Shown: in pieces, positions 38,253 to 47,734 of the stretch
Layout of the letters: each line of letters opens with the position of its first letter
Numbering within the stretch: position 1 is the first letter of the stretch
Assembly: GCA_027619595.1 (NCBI GenBank)
Contig: JAQCHP010000001.1
Location: 60,694 to 124,693, forward strand
Reading direction: 5' to 3'
Length of the DNA stretch: 64,000 bases
From: Planctomycetota bacterium
Lineage (GTDB): Bacteria; Planctomycetota; Planctomycetia; Pirellulales; Pirellulaceae
Made by a program: the position numbers and the translations under genes
The notes under the pieces: generated by a model
Told to the model about the DNA's origin: nothing
Databases searched by the model: none
What the model saw: only the letters and a program-made list of their open reading frames with translations

Positions 38253-38786
38253 ATGCAATCGAACGATACGAGAATCAAGTGGGTAGAGGAACCGCAGCTC
38301 GGTTGGGCAGGGCGAATGTACCTGCCACTTGTGTTTGGCGGATTGACAACCACTGCGCGTCACCTGGTGTCCGAAAAGGTGACTGTTAGCTATCCCGATG
38401 AAGAGCCCAAACTAGGGAATAAACTGATTTATCGCGGCGTGCATCGGCTCAATCGGGACGAACAAGGGCGAGTTAAGTGTGTGGCTTGTTTCCTTTGTGC
38501 AACGGCCTGCCCGGCACATTGCATTGACATTCTAGCTGCCGAGAGTCCATGGGAAGATCGCGAAAAGTATCCCCAGAGTTTCACGATTGACGAATTGCGC
38601 TGTATCTATTGCGGCATGTGCGAAGAAGCATGTCCCGTAGACGCGATTGAGTTGACCAGTTTGTACAATCTGACAGGGCGTAGTCGTGAGGAAATGATCT
38701 TCGACAAGGAAAAATTATTGAGTGTCTACGACGCGACGAAGGACTCTGAGCCCATGCAGTCAAAGTCGCTAGGAGGGACACTATGA
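38253..38786 (+). CDS. nuoI: NADH-quinone oxidoreductase subunit I
   Basis: Two 4Fe-4S ferredoxin motifs: CVACFLCATACP and CIYCGMCEEACP. Confidence 0.92.
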   Translation: MQSNDTRIKWVEEPQLGWAGRMYLPLVFGGLTTTARHLVSEKVTVSYPDEEPKLGNKLIYRGVHRLNRDEQGRVKCVACFLCATACPAHCIDILAAESPWEDREKYPQSFTIDELRCIYCGMCEEACPVDAIELTSLYNLTGRSREEMIFDKEKLLSVYDATKDSEPMQSKSLGGTL

Positions 38787-39658
38787 GCGAATTCTCGACG
38801 TTTGCGGTCACCAGCTTGTTGGCAGCGACAGATTTTTTTGCTAACGGCTGGGCAAGTCTTTTGGCATGGAAAGACCAACCGGCCATGTGGGCTGTCTTGG
38901 GCACAATGTTCTTGATTAGCGGGTTGTGGGCGTTGCAGCCGGGGGCCCGCGGTGGGTGGCGTGTCTTGGGAGTACTTGCCTGTCTGGCTGGACTGGGATT
39001 CTGTGTTCGATTGTTGCCGGAGTTGTCGGGAACAATTCCGGTCGTTGTTACATTTCGACTGATGGCATCCCTGGCTTTGGTATCGGGGTTGGCAACCGTT
39101 ACGGCCAAGAATCCCGTCTATAGTGCCATGTGGTTTGCGGTTACGTTAATGGGTACCGCCATGATGATGCTCTTGTTGGGTGGGCAATTCGTGGCAGTCG
39201 CGACGGTCGCGGTGTACGCTGGTGCTATCGTTGTGACTTTTCTTTTCGTGCTGATGCTTGCCCAATCATCGGGCCGCGATCCTTGCGACCGATTGACGTG
39301 GGGAAAAGTTCCAGCTTGGTGGGCAGCTCCGGCAGCGGCACTGCTATTTGTTATGATTTGTGCCGGATTGCATCAAGAATCGTTTCCCAATCGCCAGGAA
39401 GGTGCGGAAGTGGTCTCGTCAGGGCTGATCGAATCTGGCGCCGATCACGTTCAATCGGCCGCAGCTTCGCTGCCGGTGGCAAACTCCGTGGCGCAACGAT
39501 TTCCCGAAAGTCACGTGGCTCAGCTTGGCGGCCAGTTGTTTTCGCGGTACCTCATTCCGGTCCAGGTCGTCGCAACTTTGCTTCTTGCGGCGTTGGTCGG
39601 AGCCGTGGCAATCGCTAGTTATGGAACGGCATCCGGAATTGAGGAGCAGTTGTCGTGA
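38783..39658 (+). CDS. nuoJ: NADH-quinone oxidoreductase subunit J (with about 85-aa N-terminal extension)
   Basis: The core KNPVYSAMWFAVTLMGTAMMMLLLGGQFVAVATVAVYAGAIVVTFLFVLML matches NuoJ/ND6. The ATG overlaps the nuoI stop (ATGA). Confidence 0.85.
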   Translation: MSEFSTFAVTSLLAATDFFANGWASLLAWKDQPAMWAVLGTMFLISGLWALQPGARGGWRVLGVLACLAGLGFCVRLLPELSGTIPVVVTFRLMASLALVSGLATVTAKNPVYSAMWFAVTLMGTAMMMLLLGGQFVAVATVAVYAGAIVVTFLFVLMLAQSSGRDPCDRLTWGKVPAWWAAPAAALLFVMICAGLHQESFPNRQEGAEVVSSGLIESGADHVQSAAASLPVANSVAQRFPESHVAQLGGQLFSRYLIPVQVVATLLLAALVGAVAIASYGTASGIEEQLS

Positions 39659-40104
39659 ACGACTTTGATAGTTTGTGTCAGCACACGATGTTGGTAGGCG
39701 CGGGGCTATTTGCGCTGGGAATGTTCGGCTTTCTTGTGCGGCGAAATCTGATCGTCATGTTCCTGTGCGTCGAAATGATGTTGCAGGGCGTATCGTTGAC
39801 CTGGATTGCTGCTGGAGCCTACCACAATCAGTTGGACGGACAGGTGATGGTCATTTTGATTATCGCCGTAGCTGCCTGTGAGGCGGGGCTGGGGTTGGCT
39901 TTGGTAATGATGTTGTACAGCCGTCAGGGAAATCTAGATATTTTGTCTTGGCAAAGTAATCGTGAAGAAGGTCGAGCGTCTTTCGTCGACCATGACATAC
40001 CCGAATCCGAATCGACGTCCGATCCGGTCTGGCCAACGTTAACGCCAGCCGGTGTGGCTCCCGAAATCAATCAGGAAGATCAGTTGCATCGAAGCCATGT
40101 TTGA
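39655..40104 (+). CDS. nuoK: NADH-quinone oxidoreductase subunit K (with C-terminal tail)
   Basis: GTG 39655 overlaps the nuoJ TGA. LFALGMFGFLVRRNLIVMFLCVEMMLQGVSL...AACEAGLGLALV matches NuoK/ND4L. Confidence 0.88.
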   Translation: MNDFDSLCQHTMLVGAGLFALGMFGFLVRRNLIVMFLCVEMMLQGVSLTWIAAGAYHNQLDGQVMVILIIAVAACEAGLGLALVMMLYSRQGNLDILSWQSNREEGRASFVDHDIPESESTSDPVWPTLTPAGVAPEINQEDQLHRSHV

Positions 40105-42391
40105 GCCACTCAACTTACTTATTCTCGTTCCAGGTCTGCCTTTATTCGCGGCCATCGTGACGGCCGTGCTGGGGCCACGCCTTTTGCGGCATCGCAGTCA
40201 TTGGCCGGCGCTACTGGCAATCGGTGGATCGTTTCTTATTAGTTGTCTACTGTTGCAACAGGTCTCTCAGCGGTTGCCAGCCGAGGGTGCCGTGGGCGTG
40301 GAAGAGTGGACGACGTTCTATACCTGGTTAGCCGTTCCCGGCGATGGAAATGGAAACACGGCATCTTTCTTGATGGATGTGACGCTACGTTTGGATCCAT
40401 TGACCTCCATCATGTTGGTCATGGTGACGTTTATCGCTTTTCTTGTTGTGCTGTTTTCCATTGGATATATGCACGATGACCCCGGCTATTGGCGATTTTT
40501 TGCGTATGTATCGCTATTCGTTTTTTCCATGGCAATGCTTGTAACAGCCAGCAACTATCTATTGCTGTTCGTGTTTTGGGAGGCGGTTGGCGTGTGCAGT
40601 TATCTGCTCATCGGGTTCTGGTATAAAAAACCGTCGGCGGCGGCGGCAGGTATGAAGGCCTTTCTTGTAAACCGCGTAGGCGATTTTGGCTTGACCCTAG
40701 CAATACTCTTGATGTGGCTAAATTACGGTACCCTGAATTTTCACGATACCGATGCGGTGGCGGGAATTCTTGGCCAGCAGCGACTCACGGACCAACTTCC
40801 GTATTTGGGTGGTGGCATCGGTTTGGCCATCTGCCTCCTGTTGTTATTGGGAGCATGTGGTAAGAGTGCTCAATTTCCTCTGCACGTGTGGCTTCCCGAT
40901 GCCATGGAAGGTCCTACTCCGGTTTCGGCGTTGATCCATGCGGCAACGATGGTAACTGCCGGCGTCTATCTTGTGACTCGCTCTTCGCCCCTGTTCTTCG
41001 CCGTACCTTCGGCGCAATTGACGGTCTCACTCGTGGGCGGAGGGACGGCCTTGATGGCCGCGTTAATTGCACTGACGCAGAACGATTTGAAACGCGTACT
41101 GGCTTATTCCACGGTCAGTCAACTGGGATATATGTTCCTGTCGCTTGGCACCGGGAGTCTATCGGGCATCATTGCCGGAATGTTCCATTTGTTTACGCAC
41201 GCATTTTTTAAGGCGCTTCTTTTCTTGGGATCCGGCAGCGTCATGCACGCGATGGGGCATGTGATCGACATGCGCCGATTTGGTGGATTGCGGCATGTCA
41301 TGCCCATAACACATGCGACGTTTGCCGTTGGTTGTTTGGCATTATCGGGAATATTTCCGTTGGCTGGCTTTTGGAGCAAAGATGCGATCTTGGTGGCAGT
41401 GCATGATGAGGGGCTCGTTCCGCACGCTGAAATGACGTCGGAAGTCGCCTACCGACCAGACGCAACTTTCGACATTGCGATAGGCCACGCAGCGAGCGAT
41501 ACGGATAACGTACGAGCGACGATCTTTATCTGGTTGTATCGCACGGCGTTGATCACTGCGTTCCTTACCGCGTTTTATACATTTCGAGCTTTTTTTCTCA
41601 CATTCTACGGAAAAATGGTCATACCTGAGGAAGCGGGACACCATGCCCATGAATCGCCGCCGAGCATGGCGTGGCCGTTGCTTGTCTTGGCGGTGTGCTC
41701 GGTGGTAATTGGGCTCGTAGGAGCAAATGCAAATAGTGGACTACCGGCGTTCTTGGCCAAAACACCGTCCTTGGCCGTACTGGCTTTAGGGCCTGACGAA
41801 GCGGCCGGCCATGCTTCGTCACATACCATGATTGCCGTTACAAGTACCGCCGTAGCGTGCTCTGGCATCGCTCTCGCCGCTTTCCTGTATTTGGGACGTC
41901 GCGACGAAGTCGACTTGCTCGGCCAATTTTTGCAAATGAAGTGGTTGGAACAGACGGCCGACCTCCGATGGTTGGACGGCATTGGATACCGGCTGGGGCT
42001 ACCCGCGCTGGTAAAAGTCGCGGAGCGTTGTGGCTGCGGCTGGATCACCCGCTTCTTCGGCACGGTAATCACGCTCGTGGTTAGCGTTCTCTTGTCCCCA
42101 CTGTGGCTCGGATACTACATATCGCCTTATCGACTTTCCGCCGGAAAGTTTTTCATTGACGAATTGTACCAATGGTTCGTGGTACTCCCGATTTTGAAAT
42201 TCTCAGAATTTCTTTATGCTGTCGACCGAATGCTGGTGGACGGAATGGTTAATCTTACGGGTCGTCTACCGCGAGATTTGGGCGGGATTGTTCGCCGGAG
42301 CCAGACCGGTGTGGTTCCGTTCTACGGCCTCAGTTTAATCTTAGGTACGTTAGTAATCTATCTTTTCAGTGTTTTATTCGCCCGGAGCTGA
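40097..42391 (+). CDS. nuoL: NADH-quinone oxidoreductase subunit L
   Basis: ATG 40097 (MFEPLNLLILVPGLPLF) overlaps nuoK by 8 nt. Motifs: WEAVGVCSYLLIGFWY, GKSAQFPLHVWLPDAMEGPTPVSALIHAATMVTAGVY. Confidence 0.92.
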   Translation: MFEPLNLLILVPGLPLFAAIVTAVLGPRLLRHRSHWPALLAIGGSFLISCLLLQQVSQRLPAEGAVGVEEWTTFYTWLAVPGDGNGNTASFLMDVTLRLDPLTSIMLVMVTFIAFLVVLFSIGYMHDDPGYWRFFAYVSLFVFSMAMLVTASNYLLLFVFWEAVGVCSYLLIGFWYKKPSAAAAGMKAFLVNRVGDFGLTLAILLMWLNYGTLNFHDTDAVAGILGQQRLTDQLPYLGGGIGLAICLLLLLGACGKSAQFPLHVWLPDAMEGPTPVSALIHAATMVTAGVYLVTRSSPLFFAVPSAQLTVSLVGGGTALMAALIALTQNDLKRVLAYSTVSQLGYMFLSLGTGSLSGIIAGMFHLFTHAFFKALLFLGSGSVMHAMGHVIDMRRFGGLRHVMPITHATFAVGCLALSGIFPLAGFWSKDAILVAVHDEGLVPHAEMTSEVAYRPDATFDIAIGHAASDTDNVRATIFIWLYRTALITAFLTAFYTFRAFFLTFYGKMVIPEEAGHHAHESPPSMAWPLLVLAVCSVVIGLVGANANSGLPAFLAKTPSLAVLALGPDEAAGHASSHTMIAVTSTAVACSGIALAAFLYLGRRDEVDLLGQFLQMKWLEQTADLRWLDGIGYRLGLPALVKVAERCGCGWITRFFGTVITLVVSVLLSPLWLGYYISPYRLSAGKFFIDELYQWFVVLPILKFSEFLYAVDRMLVDGMVNLTGRLPRDLGGIVRRSQTGVVPFYGLSLILGTLVIYLFSVLFARS

Positions 42392-42399
42392 CTTCCCGC

Positions 42400-44025
42400 A
42401 TGTCATTAGCCGATTGTTTCACAATCAGTGTGCTGTTACCGATTGTCGGTGCGCTAATCGCCGTGATGTGCACCAATCGGAGCATGGCACGCTGGGTCGC
42501 GTTAGGGACTTCGGTCGTGACCCTTGCTTTTGTCATGTTGGTAGTTGTACAGGGGCGCAGCACCATTTTGTCCGGCGCGATGATCGAAGGAGCGAATGTT
42601 TCCTGGTCAGGATCTGCCAGCGGTTGGGATATTCGATTTTCCTTAGGGCTCGATGGCATTAGCTATTGGCTGTATGCATTGTCGGCAGTGTTAATGATGA
42701 CATCGGTCTTGGTAAGCTGGGAAGCGATCGACGATCGACCGGGGTTGTTTTATTGCATGTTGCTGTTGCTAGAATCGGGTTGTTTAGGAGTTTTCTCAGC
42801 TCGAGATGTGATTTTATTTTACGTCTTTTTTGAATTTACCCTGATCCCGCTGTTTTTCTTGATTGGAATCTGGGGTAGCGAGGAACGTCGGTACGCCGCA
42901 GTTAAGTTCTTCCTTTTTACTTTGACAGGGAGCGTTCTGACATTCTTGGGTCTACTGAGCTTAGTCTTATGGGCCCACACGCATGGAGACGGGCAGGTGT
43001 TGTCGTTTTCCATGGCCTACGTGGAGCAACAGCTGGCGGCTTACCCAATCTATGCGACGCATCCGCAGCTGGAACTTTGGGTTTTCCTGGCGTTGTTCGC
43101 CGGTTTTGCGATTAAGGTGCCGTTGTTTCCATTGCACACGTGGTTGCCCCTGGCACACGTGCAGGCTCCCACAGCAGGCAGCGTCTTCTTGGCAGGTATC
43201 TTGCTCAAGATTGGCACCTACGGCTTTCTACGATTTAGTTTGCCTCTGTTACCCCAGGCATCGCTAATTTGTTTTCCTTGGATATTGATCCTGGCGGCAG
43301 TCGGCATTGTGTACGGTGCGCTGGTGGCGTTAATTCAAGAGGACATGAAGCGACTCGTTGCCTATTCAAGTGTCAGTCATTTAGGCTATTGCATGCTGGG
43401 TTTGTTTGCGATGAATTCGATCGGATTGCAAGGTTCTGTGTTACAGATGGTCAATCACGGTATATCGACTGGGGCACTATTCGCGTTGATCGGTATGGCT
43501 TACGAAAGGTTTCATACGCGGCGAATTGATCAGTTGGGCGGACTAGCCGGCCCCATGCCTTGGTTCGCGTTCTTTCTGATTCTGTTCACATTCTCCAGTG
43601 TTGGTGTGCCTGGCCTCAACGGCTTCGCGGGCGAATTCCTCGTCTTGGTAGGTATGTTTTACCGCGGATGGGTAGAGGCCCCGGCAGAAGTGGCTTGGAT
43701 GTTGCGTTTGGTGTCGATTGTGGCCCTCTTGGGGGTGATCCTGGGCGCTTGGTATATGTTGTGGTTCGTGCGTCGCGTTCTTTTCGGTGAACTGCGGACG
43801 CCCCACGGAATCGATGGAATTGGCGACCTGAATTGGCGTGAGATCGCGGCGCTGGCGCCACTTGCTGTCTTGGTCGTATGGATTGGCGTCATGCCGAATT
43901 GGTTCGTGCAGGTCATTGCTCCGAGCGTGAATGGCCAATTGCGGCATCTCGAAGCGAGCGTTTCATCGCCCGCTGACGACCATCAAGCAACTGTTCTACA
44001 TCTGGCGGAGGATCGCGTACCGTGA
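42400..44025 (+). CDS. nuoM: NADH-quinone oxidoreductase subunit M
   Basis: FAIKVPLFPLHTWLPLAHVQAPTAGSVFLAGILLKIGTYG and LVAYSSVSHLGY. Confidence 0.92.
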   Translation: MSLADCFTISVLLPIVGALIAVMCTNRSMARWVALGTSVVTLAFVMLVVVQGRSTILSGAMIEGANVSWSGSASGWDIRFSLGLDGISYWLYALSAVLMMTSVLVSWEAIDDRPGLFYCMLLLLESGCLGVFSARDVILFYVFFEFTLIPLFFLIGIWGSEERRYAAVKFFLFTLTGSVLTFLGLLSLVLWAHTHGDGQVLSFSMAYVEQQLAAYPIYATHPQLELWVFLALFAGFAIKVPLFPLHTWLPLAHVQAPTAGSVFLAGILLKIGTYGFLRFSLPLLPQASLICFPWILILAAVGIVYGALVALIQEDMKRLVAYSSVSHLGYCMLGLFAMNSIGLQGSVLQMVNHGISTGALFALIGMAYERFHTRRIDQLGGLAGPMPWFAFFLILFTFSSVGVPGLNGFAGEFLVLVGMFYRGWVEAPAEVAWMLRLVSIVALLGVILGAWYMLWFVRRVLFGELRTPHGIDGIGDLNWREIAALAPLAVLVVWIGVMPNWFVQVIAPSVNGQLRHLEASVSSPADDHQATVLHLAEDRVP

Positions 44026-45617
44026 CCGATGGCGCAACAATTCAGCGGTTAATCCCGGAAATCATTTTGGTGCTGGGCGCCTCTGCCATTATATTGGCAA
44101 GCCCATTTCACGCATCGGCATCGGTTCTGCGCGCTGCGGGGCGGGCTGTTGTTTTGGCCGCCGTGCTATTTCTCGTCGGCCCTGGTACGCAGGCGGTGCT
44201 CCAGTCGGACCGAATCCTGTTCGCCGATCCGCTCAGTATGGCGCTCCGTTGGGTAACGCTCATTGCGGCAGCCATCTTTGTCCACGGAGGCAGTCGGACC
44301 GAACGCCAGGATTCCCTGGAAGGAGAACGAATCGGTTTGACTCTCTTCGTGTTTGCCGGTTGTATGTTGGTAGCCGCCGCGGCCGATTTGAGCCTGCTAT
44401 TCGTGGCGCTGGAATTGGTTTCCATACCGACCTATACTTTGCTCTTTCTTGGACGGCGAGACGTTGGCTCGTCGGAGTCGTCGATCAAGTATTTTCTCCT
44501 GAGTATCTTCTCCTCGGCCTTCTTCTTGTACGGATTGGCCTGGGTGTATCTCTTGACGGGAACGACCTCTTTGGTCTCCAGCGGGTCGGCCGCCAATTCG
44601 ATTTTGGAACACGGATGGTCCGGAATGTGGCCGTGGGCCGTCCTGTTTGTTTTTTGTGGCTTGGGATTTAAATTGGCGGCCTTTCCGCTACATTTTTACG
44701 CGCCGGACGTCTATCAAGGGGCGACTCCCATGAACGCCGGTTTGTTAGCAGTGGCTCCCAAAATTGTGGGGGTGGCTGGGTTATTGCGATTGCTCGCCTG
44801 TTGGGGGCCTGAATTTAACCCCGCCATGGTCGCTGTATTTGCCGTCGTACCAATCATCACCATGTCGGTGGGAAACGTTGGTGCGCTGTGGCAAAGTCAT
44901 TTGCGGCGCCTCCTGGCCTATTCGTCGATTGCTCACGCTGGCTACCTGCTCATTGGAGTCGCAGTGCTCGTAGCGGGCGTGGGGCCGACAGGATGGGTGG
45001 ATGGAGCTTCGTCCACGTTAATGTATTTGGCTGTCTACGCGATTGCATCCTTGGGAACGTTTTGTGCACTGGCCGGCTTGCGGATTGGCGGCCAGGTTCC
45101 CGAGAATTTGGACGAGCTGGCGGGGTTGGCACGCCGAGAACCTTGGTTGGCATTCGCCCTCTCCGTCTTCATGTTTTCGATGGCCGGAATTCCTCCCTTG
45201 GCTGGATTTTGGGGGAAGCTGGGGCTGTTTACGGGAGCCGTACGTGTTGCGCAAGCGGTAAGTTCTTCCCCTCAAGTCGCTAACTGGATGCTCGCGTTGG
45301 CCGTCGTTGGCGTCCTCAACGCAGCGGTCGCGGCCGCGTACTATTTGAGAGTGGTCGGTACCCTTTGGTTTCGCACACCGATGATCGATGATGTTCCACG
45401 ATCGGAGCCTGTGCCGCGACAAGTAGCCGTTTTGTGCGCCATTCTGTTGCTGGCGATTGGCGTCTATCCGCAGGCGTTGATCTCCGGTTTTCGAGGCGCA
45501 GCCGTAACCTCCATTGTACCTGCAGTATCCGACGCACGAGGTTTGCCACCCGCTGCCCGGAAATTGGCTGAACAGTCCTTGGTAACGCGTTTGCCTGGGC
45601 TTTCAGCAAACGACTAG
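44022..45617 (+). CDS. nuoN: NADH-quinone oxidoreductase subunit N
   Basis: GTG 44022 overlaps the nuoM TGA (GTGA). Motifs: GLGFKLAAFPLHFYAPDVYQGATPMNAGLLAVAPK, LLAYSSIAHAGY. Confidence 0.9.
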   Translation: MTDGATIQRLIPEIILVLGASAIILASPFHASASVLRAAGRAVVLAAVLFLVGPGTQAVLQSDRILFADPLSMALRWVTLIAAAIFVHGGSRTERQDSLEGERIGLTLFVFAGCMLVAAAADLSLLFVALELVSIPTYTLLFLGRRDVGSSESSIKYFLLSIFSSAFFLYGLAWVYLLTGTTSLVSSGSAANSILEHGWSGMWPWAVLFVFCGLGFKLAAFPLHFYAPDVYQGATPMNAGLLAVAPKIVGVAGLLRLLACWGPEFNPAMVAVFAVVPIITMSVGNVGALWQSHLRRLLAYSSIAHAGYLLIGVAVLVAGVGPTGWVDGASSTLMYLAVYAIASLGTFCALAGLRIGGQVPENLDELAGLARREPWLAFALSVFMFSMAGIPPLAGFWGKLGLFTGAVRVAQAVSSSPQVANWMLALAVVGVLNAAVAAAYYLRVVGTLWFRTPMIDDVPRSEPVPRQVAVLCAILLLAIGVYPQALISGFRGAAVTSIVPAVSDARGLPPAARKLAEQSLVTRLPGLSAND

Positions 45618-45626
45618 GCGGGCGCT

Positions 45627-47078
45627 ATGTCTCGTTCTCGCTTTCCACGCACGATCCTTGTTCGCCTTTGCGACGAAAGCAACTCTCCCATCTATGTCCT
45701 GGATCACAGCAGGACGATCGTCTATTGCAATCCCGCGTGCGAAAATTGGCTGAAATGTACTGCGGATGATTTAATTGGTAGGGTGTGTCGTTGGCAAAGT
45801 GATCACACTGCCGAGGATGCATACGATGAGCTTACGTTTCGCCTTTGTCCGCCGCCGGAAATTATGTGCGGCCAGGCGAGCGTCATGGCTATTTCTGTGA
45901 CGTCTCCGCCAGAAAGTAGTGGCCGATTCTTGGCTTGGGGGCAGCCCCTAGGTTGCGCGGACGAGGAAAATAGTGTCCTTGTCGTGGTCAACTTGAGTTG
46001 CGCTACCGCCGACGATCCTCACGTTTCCACGGACGCTCGAGCGCTCCATCGACAGCTAACGGAGGTGCGTCGGCGATATAACAAACCGTATTCTTGGGAT
46101 GGATTGGTAGGAGAGAGCCCTCAACAGCAGCGCGTGCGTCGACAAGTTCTGCTAGCGGGAAAGGCCTGTGAACACGTTTCGCTGGTAGCGTCGGCCGGAA
46201 TGGATTTTTTGGCGGTCGCGCAAGCGATCCACGCGGTGCAGAGTACTCCAGACGATATGACAACGCGTTTTACGTCGGTCGACTGCAACCTACTCGATCC
46301 CGAAACATTTCCGGCCAACATGCAATCGTTTGCCAGCCGGCGATCAGAGAAACCGCACACGTTGCTACTGAAGAATGTCGATACGATACCACGAGAGTCC
46401 CAGACATTTCTGCTGGACTGGATCAGGACGTCCGACAGTAGCGTTCGCATCGTGGCTGCCTCGCAGCGAGATCTCTTGGACTTGGCAGCCTCCGATAAAT
46501 TTTGCTTGGGGCTGGCATGCCGCCTCGCGTCGGTGACAATTCGCCTGCCCGACCTGCACGAACGCATTGAAGATGTGCCGATTCTGGCCCAGCAAATCGT
46601 AGAGTCTCTAAACCTAGAAACAGGTCGGCAGATTATGGGGTTGGCGGCTGACGCCGTCGAGTTGCTGCAGTCCCATGCTTGGCCTGGACAGCTGGAGGAA
46701 CTCAACCGACGGATAGGTGAAGCTTACCACGAAACGCGGGGCCCTTCGATTCGCTCGAGCGATTTCCTACCAGCGTTTCGGGATGCGATGTCGGTAGCGT
46801 TGCCATTAGCCCCACGCCTCGAGTCGATCGAACTGGAGCCCATGTTGCAGGAAATTGAGGCGCGTTACCTACAACGCGCCGTTGAACTCGCCGGTGGTAA
46901 CAAGACGCTTGCTGCACGGCTTGTGGGTTTGAATCGCCCAAAGTTCCTTCGGCGATGGGAGCAGCTCATGGGCGGTACGGTCTCCGACAATAAAGAAGAA
47001 GCGACGGCAGAACCCGATACGGGCGAAGACGACACACTTCCGTTCATTGAATTTGAGGAAGAGTCACCCGACGAGTAA
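45627..47078 (+). CDS. Degenerate sigma-54-activator (bEBP)-like transcriptional regulator: PAS-like N-domain, inactive AAA+ core, Fis-type HTH
   Basis: Colinear with the NtrC central domain (LVGESPQQQRVRRQV..., VRIVAASQRDLLDL, LPDLHERIEDVPILAQ, WPGQLEEL). Walker A, GAFTGA and Walker B are replaced (ASAGMDFL, QSFASRRSE, LLLKNV). C-terminal HTH: GGNKTLAARLVGLNRPKFLRRW. Confidence 0.7.
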   Translation: MSRSRFPRTILVRLCDESNSPIYVLDHSRTIVYCNPACENWLKCTADDLIGRVCRWQSDHTAEDAYDELTFRLCPPPEIMCGQASVMAISVTSPPESSGRFLAWGQPLGCADEENSVLVVVNLSCATADDPHVSTDARALHRQLTEVRRRYNKPYSWDGLVGESPQQQRVRRQVLLAGKACEHVSLVASAGMDFLAVAQAIHAVQSTPDDMTTRFTSVDCNLLDPETFPANMQSFASRRSEKPHTLLLKNVDTIPRESQTFLLDWIRTSDSSVRIVAASQRDLLDLAASDKFCLGLACRLASVTIRLPDLHERIEDVPILAQQIVESLNLETGRQIMGLAADAVELLQSHAWPGQLEELNRRIGEAYHETRGPSIRSSDFLPAFRDAMSVALPLAPRLESIELEPMLQEIEARYLQRAVELAGGNKTLAARLVGLNRPKFLRRWEQLMGGTVSDNKEEATAEPDTGEDDTLPFIEFEEESPDE

Positions 47079-47308
47079 AGGTGTTCCTTTAGGCCGTTCG
47101 CGAATGGTATGCACTATGGATCCGATCTGAGACCTGATTGTCGAGTGGCAATTGTGTGGAAAGCGAGCATCGCATGGCCGGTTGGGGGTTGCAGACAAGG
47201 GATGACCGATGGGGGCCGTCGGTTTCTTATCCGGGTCATTGTGTCCACCCGGTTTCCGTTAGCGTGGGAAGCGTATCGCCGGCCTGGGGACGCTGGTTCG
47301 ACAAGACG

Positions 47309-47695
47309 ATGCGGGTGACCGGATTGGTCCATTGGAAAATTGCCAAAATACCCTATTTGCCGTGGCTGCCTCAGCATGCGATCGCCATGATGGTAGTGCG
47401 GCACGTAGACCGATCGCAAGATCTCGGCGAATTGTGCCACGAAGTACGAACCGTGCACAATTCGACGTCGCGTGGAATGGTCGTCGTGCTGCCAACGGAA
47501 TTGATCGAGTGGCAATGGTTGCTACGCGAATGTGGAGCGTTGGATGTGCAGGCAGAGGGGATGGCGAACGTACCAAGAATTGTGCGGACGATCCAACGGT
47601 TTTTTGTCGGGAGCGACCACAGACATCCCGATCGGACGGTGCCCGCGTGTTGGTTGGCTCCAGCGAAGGGTATGCTTCGGTTGCCGCCGTCTTAA
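47309..47695 (+). CDS. Hypothetical protein (weakly supported)
   Basis: This is the only protein-like frame in the 650-nt gap before apbC (MRVTGLVHWKIAKIPYLPWLPQHAIAMMVVRHVDRSQDLGELCHEV...VVVLPTELIEWQWLLRECGALDV). I recognise no motif. The competing minus-strand ORF looks like Arg/His-rich noise. Confidence 0.3.
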   Translation: MRVTGLVHWKIAKIPYLPWLPQHAIAMMVVRHVDRSQDLGELCHEVRTVHNSTSRGMVVVLPTELIEWQWLLRECGALDVQAEGMANVPRIVRTIQRFFVGSDHRHPDRTVPACWLAPAKGMLRLPPS

Positions 47696-47734
47696 GTAAA
47701 TTGTCAAAAACTACATCGAGGAGATAGGTTCGAC

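Noticed and set aside
47114-47515. 133-aa minus-strand ORF upstream of apbC
   Set aside because: Its His/Arg/Pro-rich sequence has no hydrophobic core pattern. The plus-strand frame (47309..47695) looks more protein-like, although it is itself only weakly supported.
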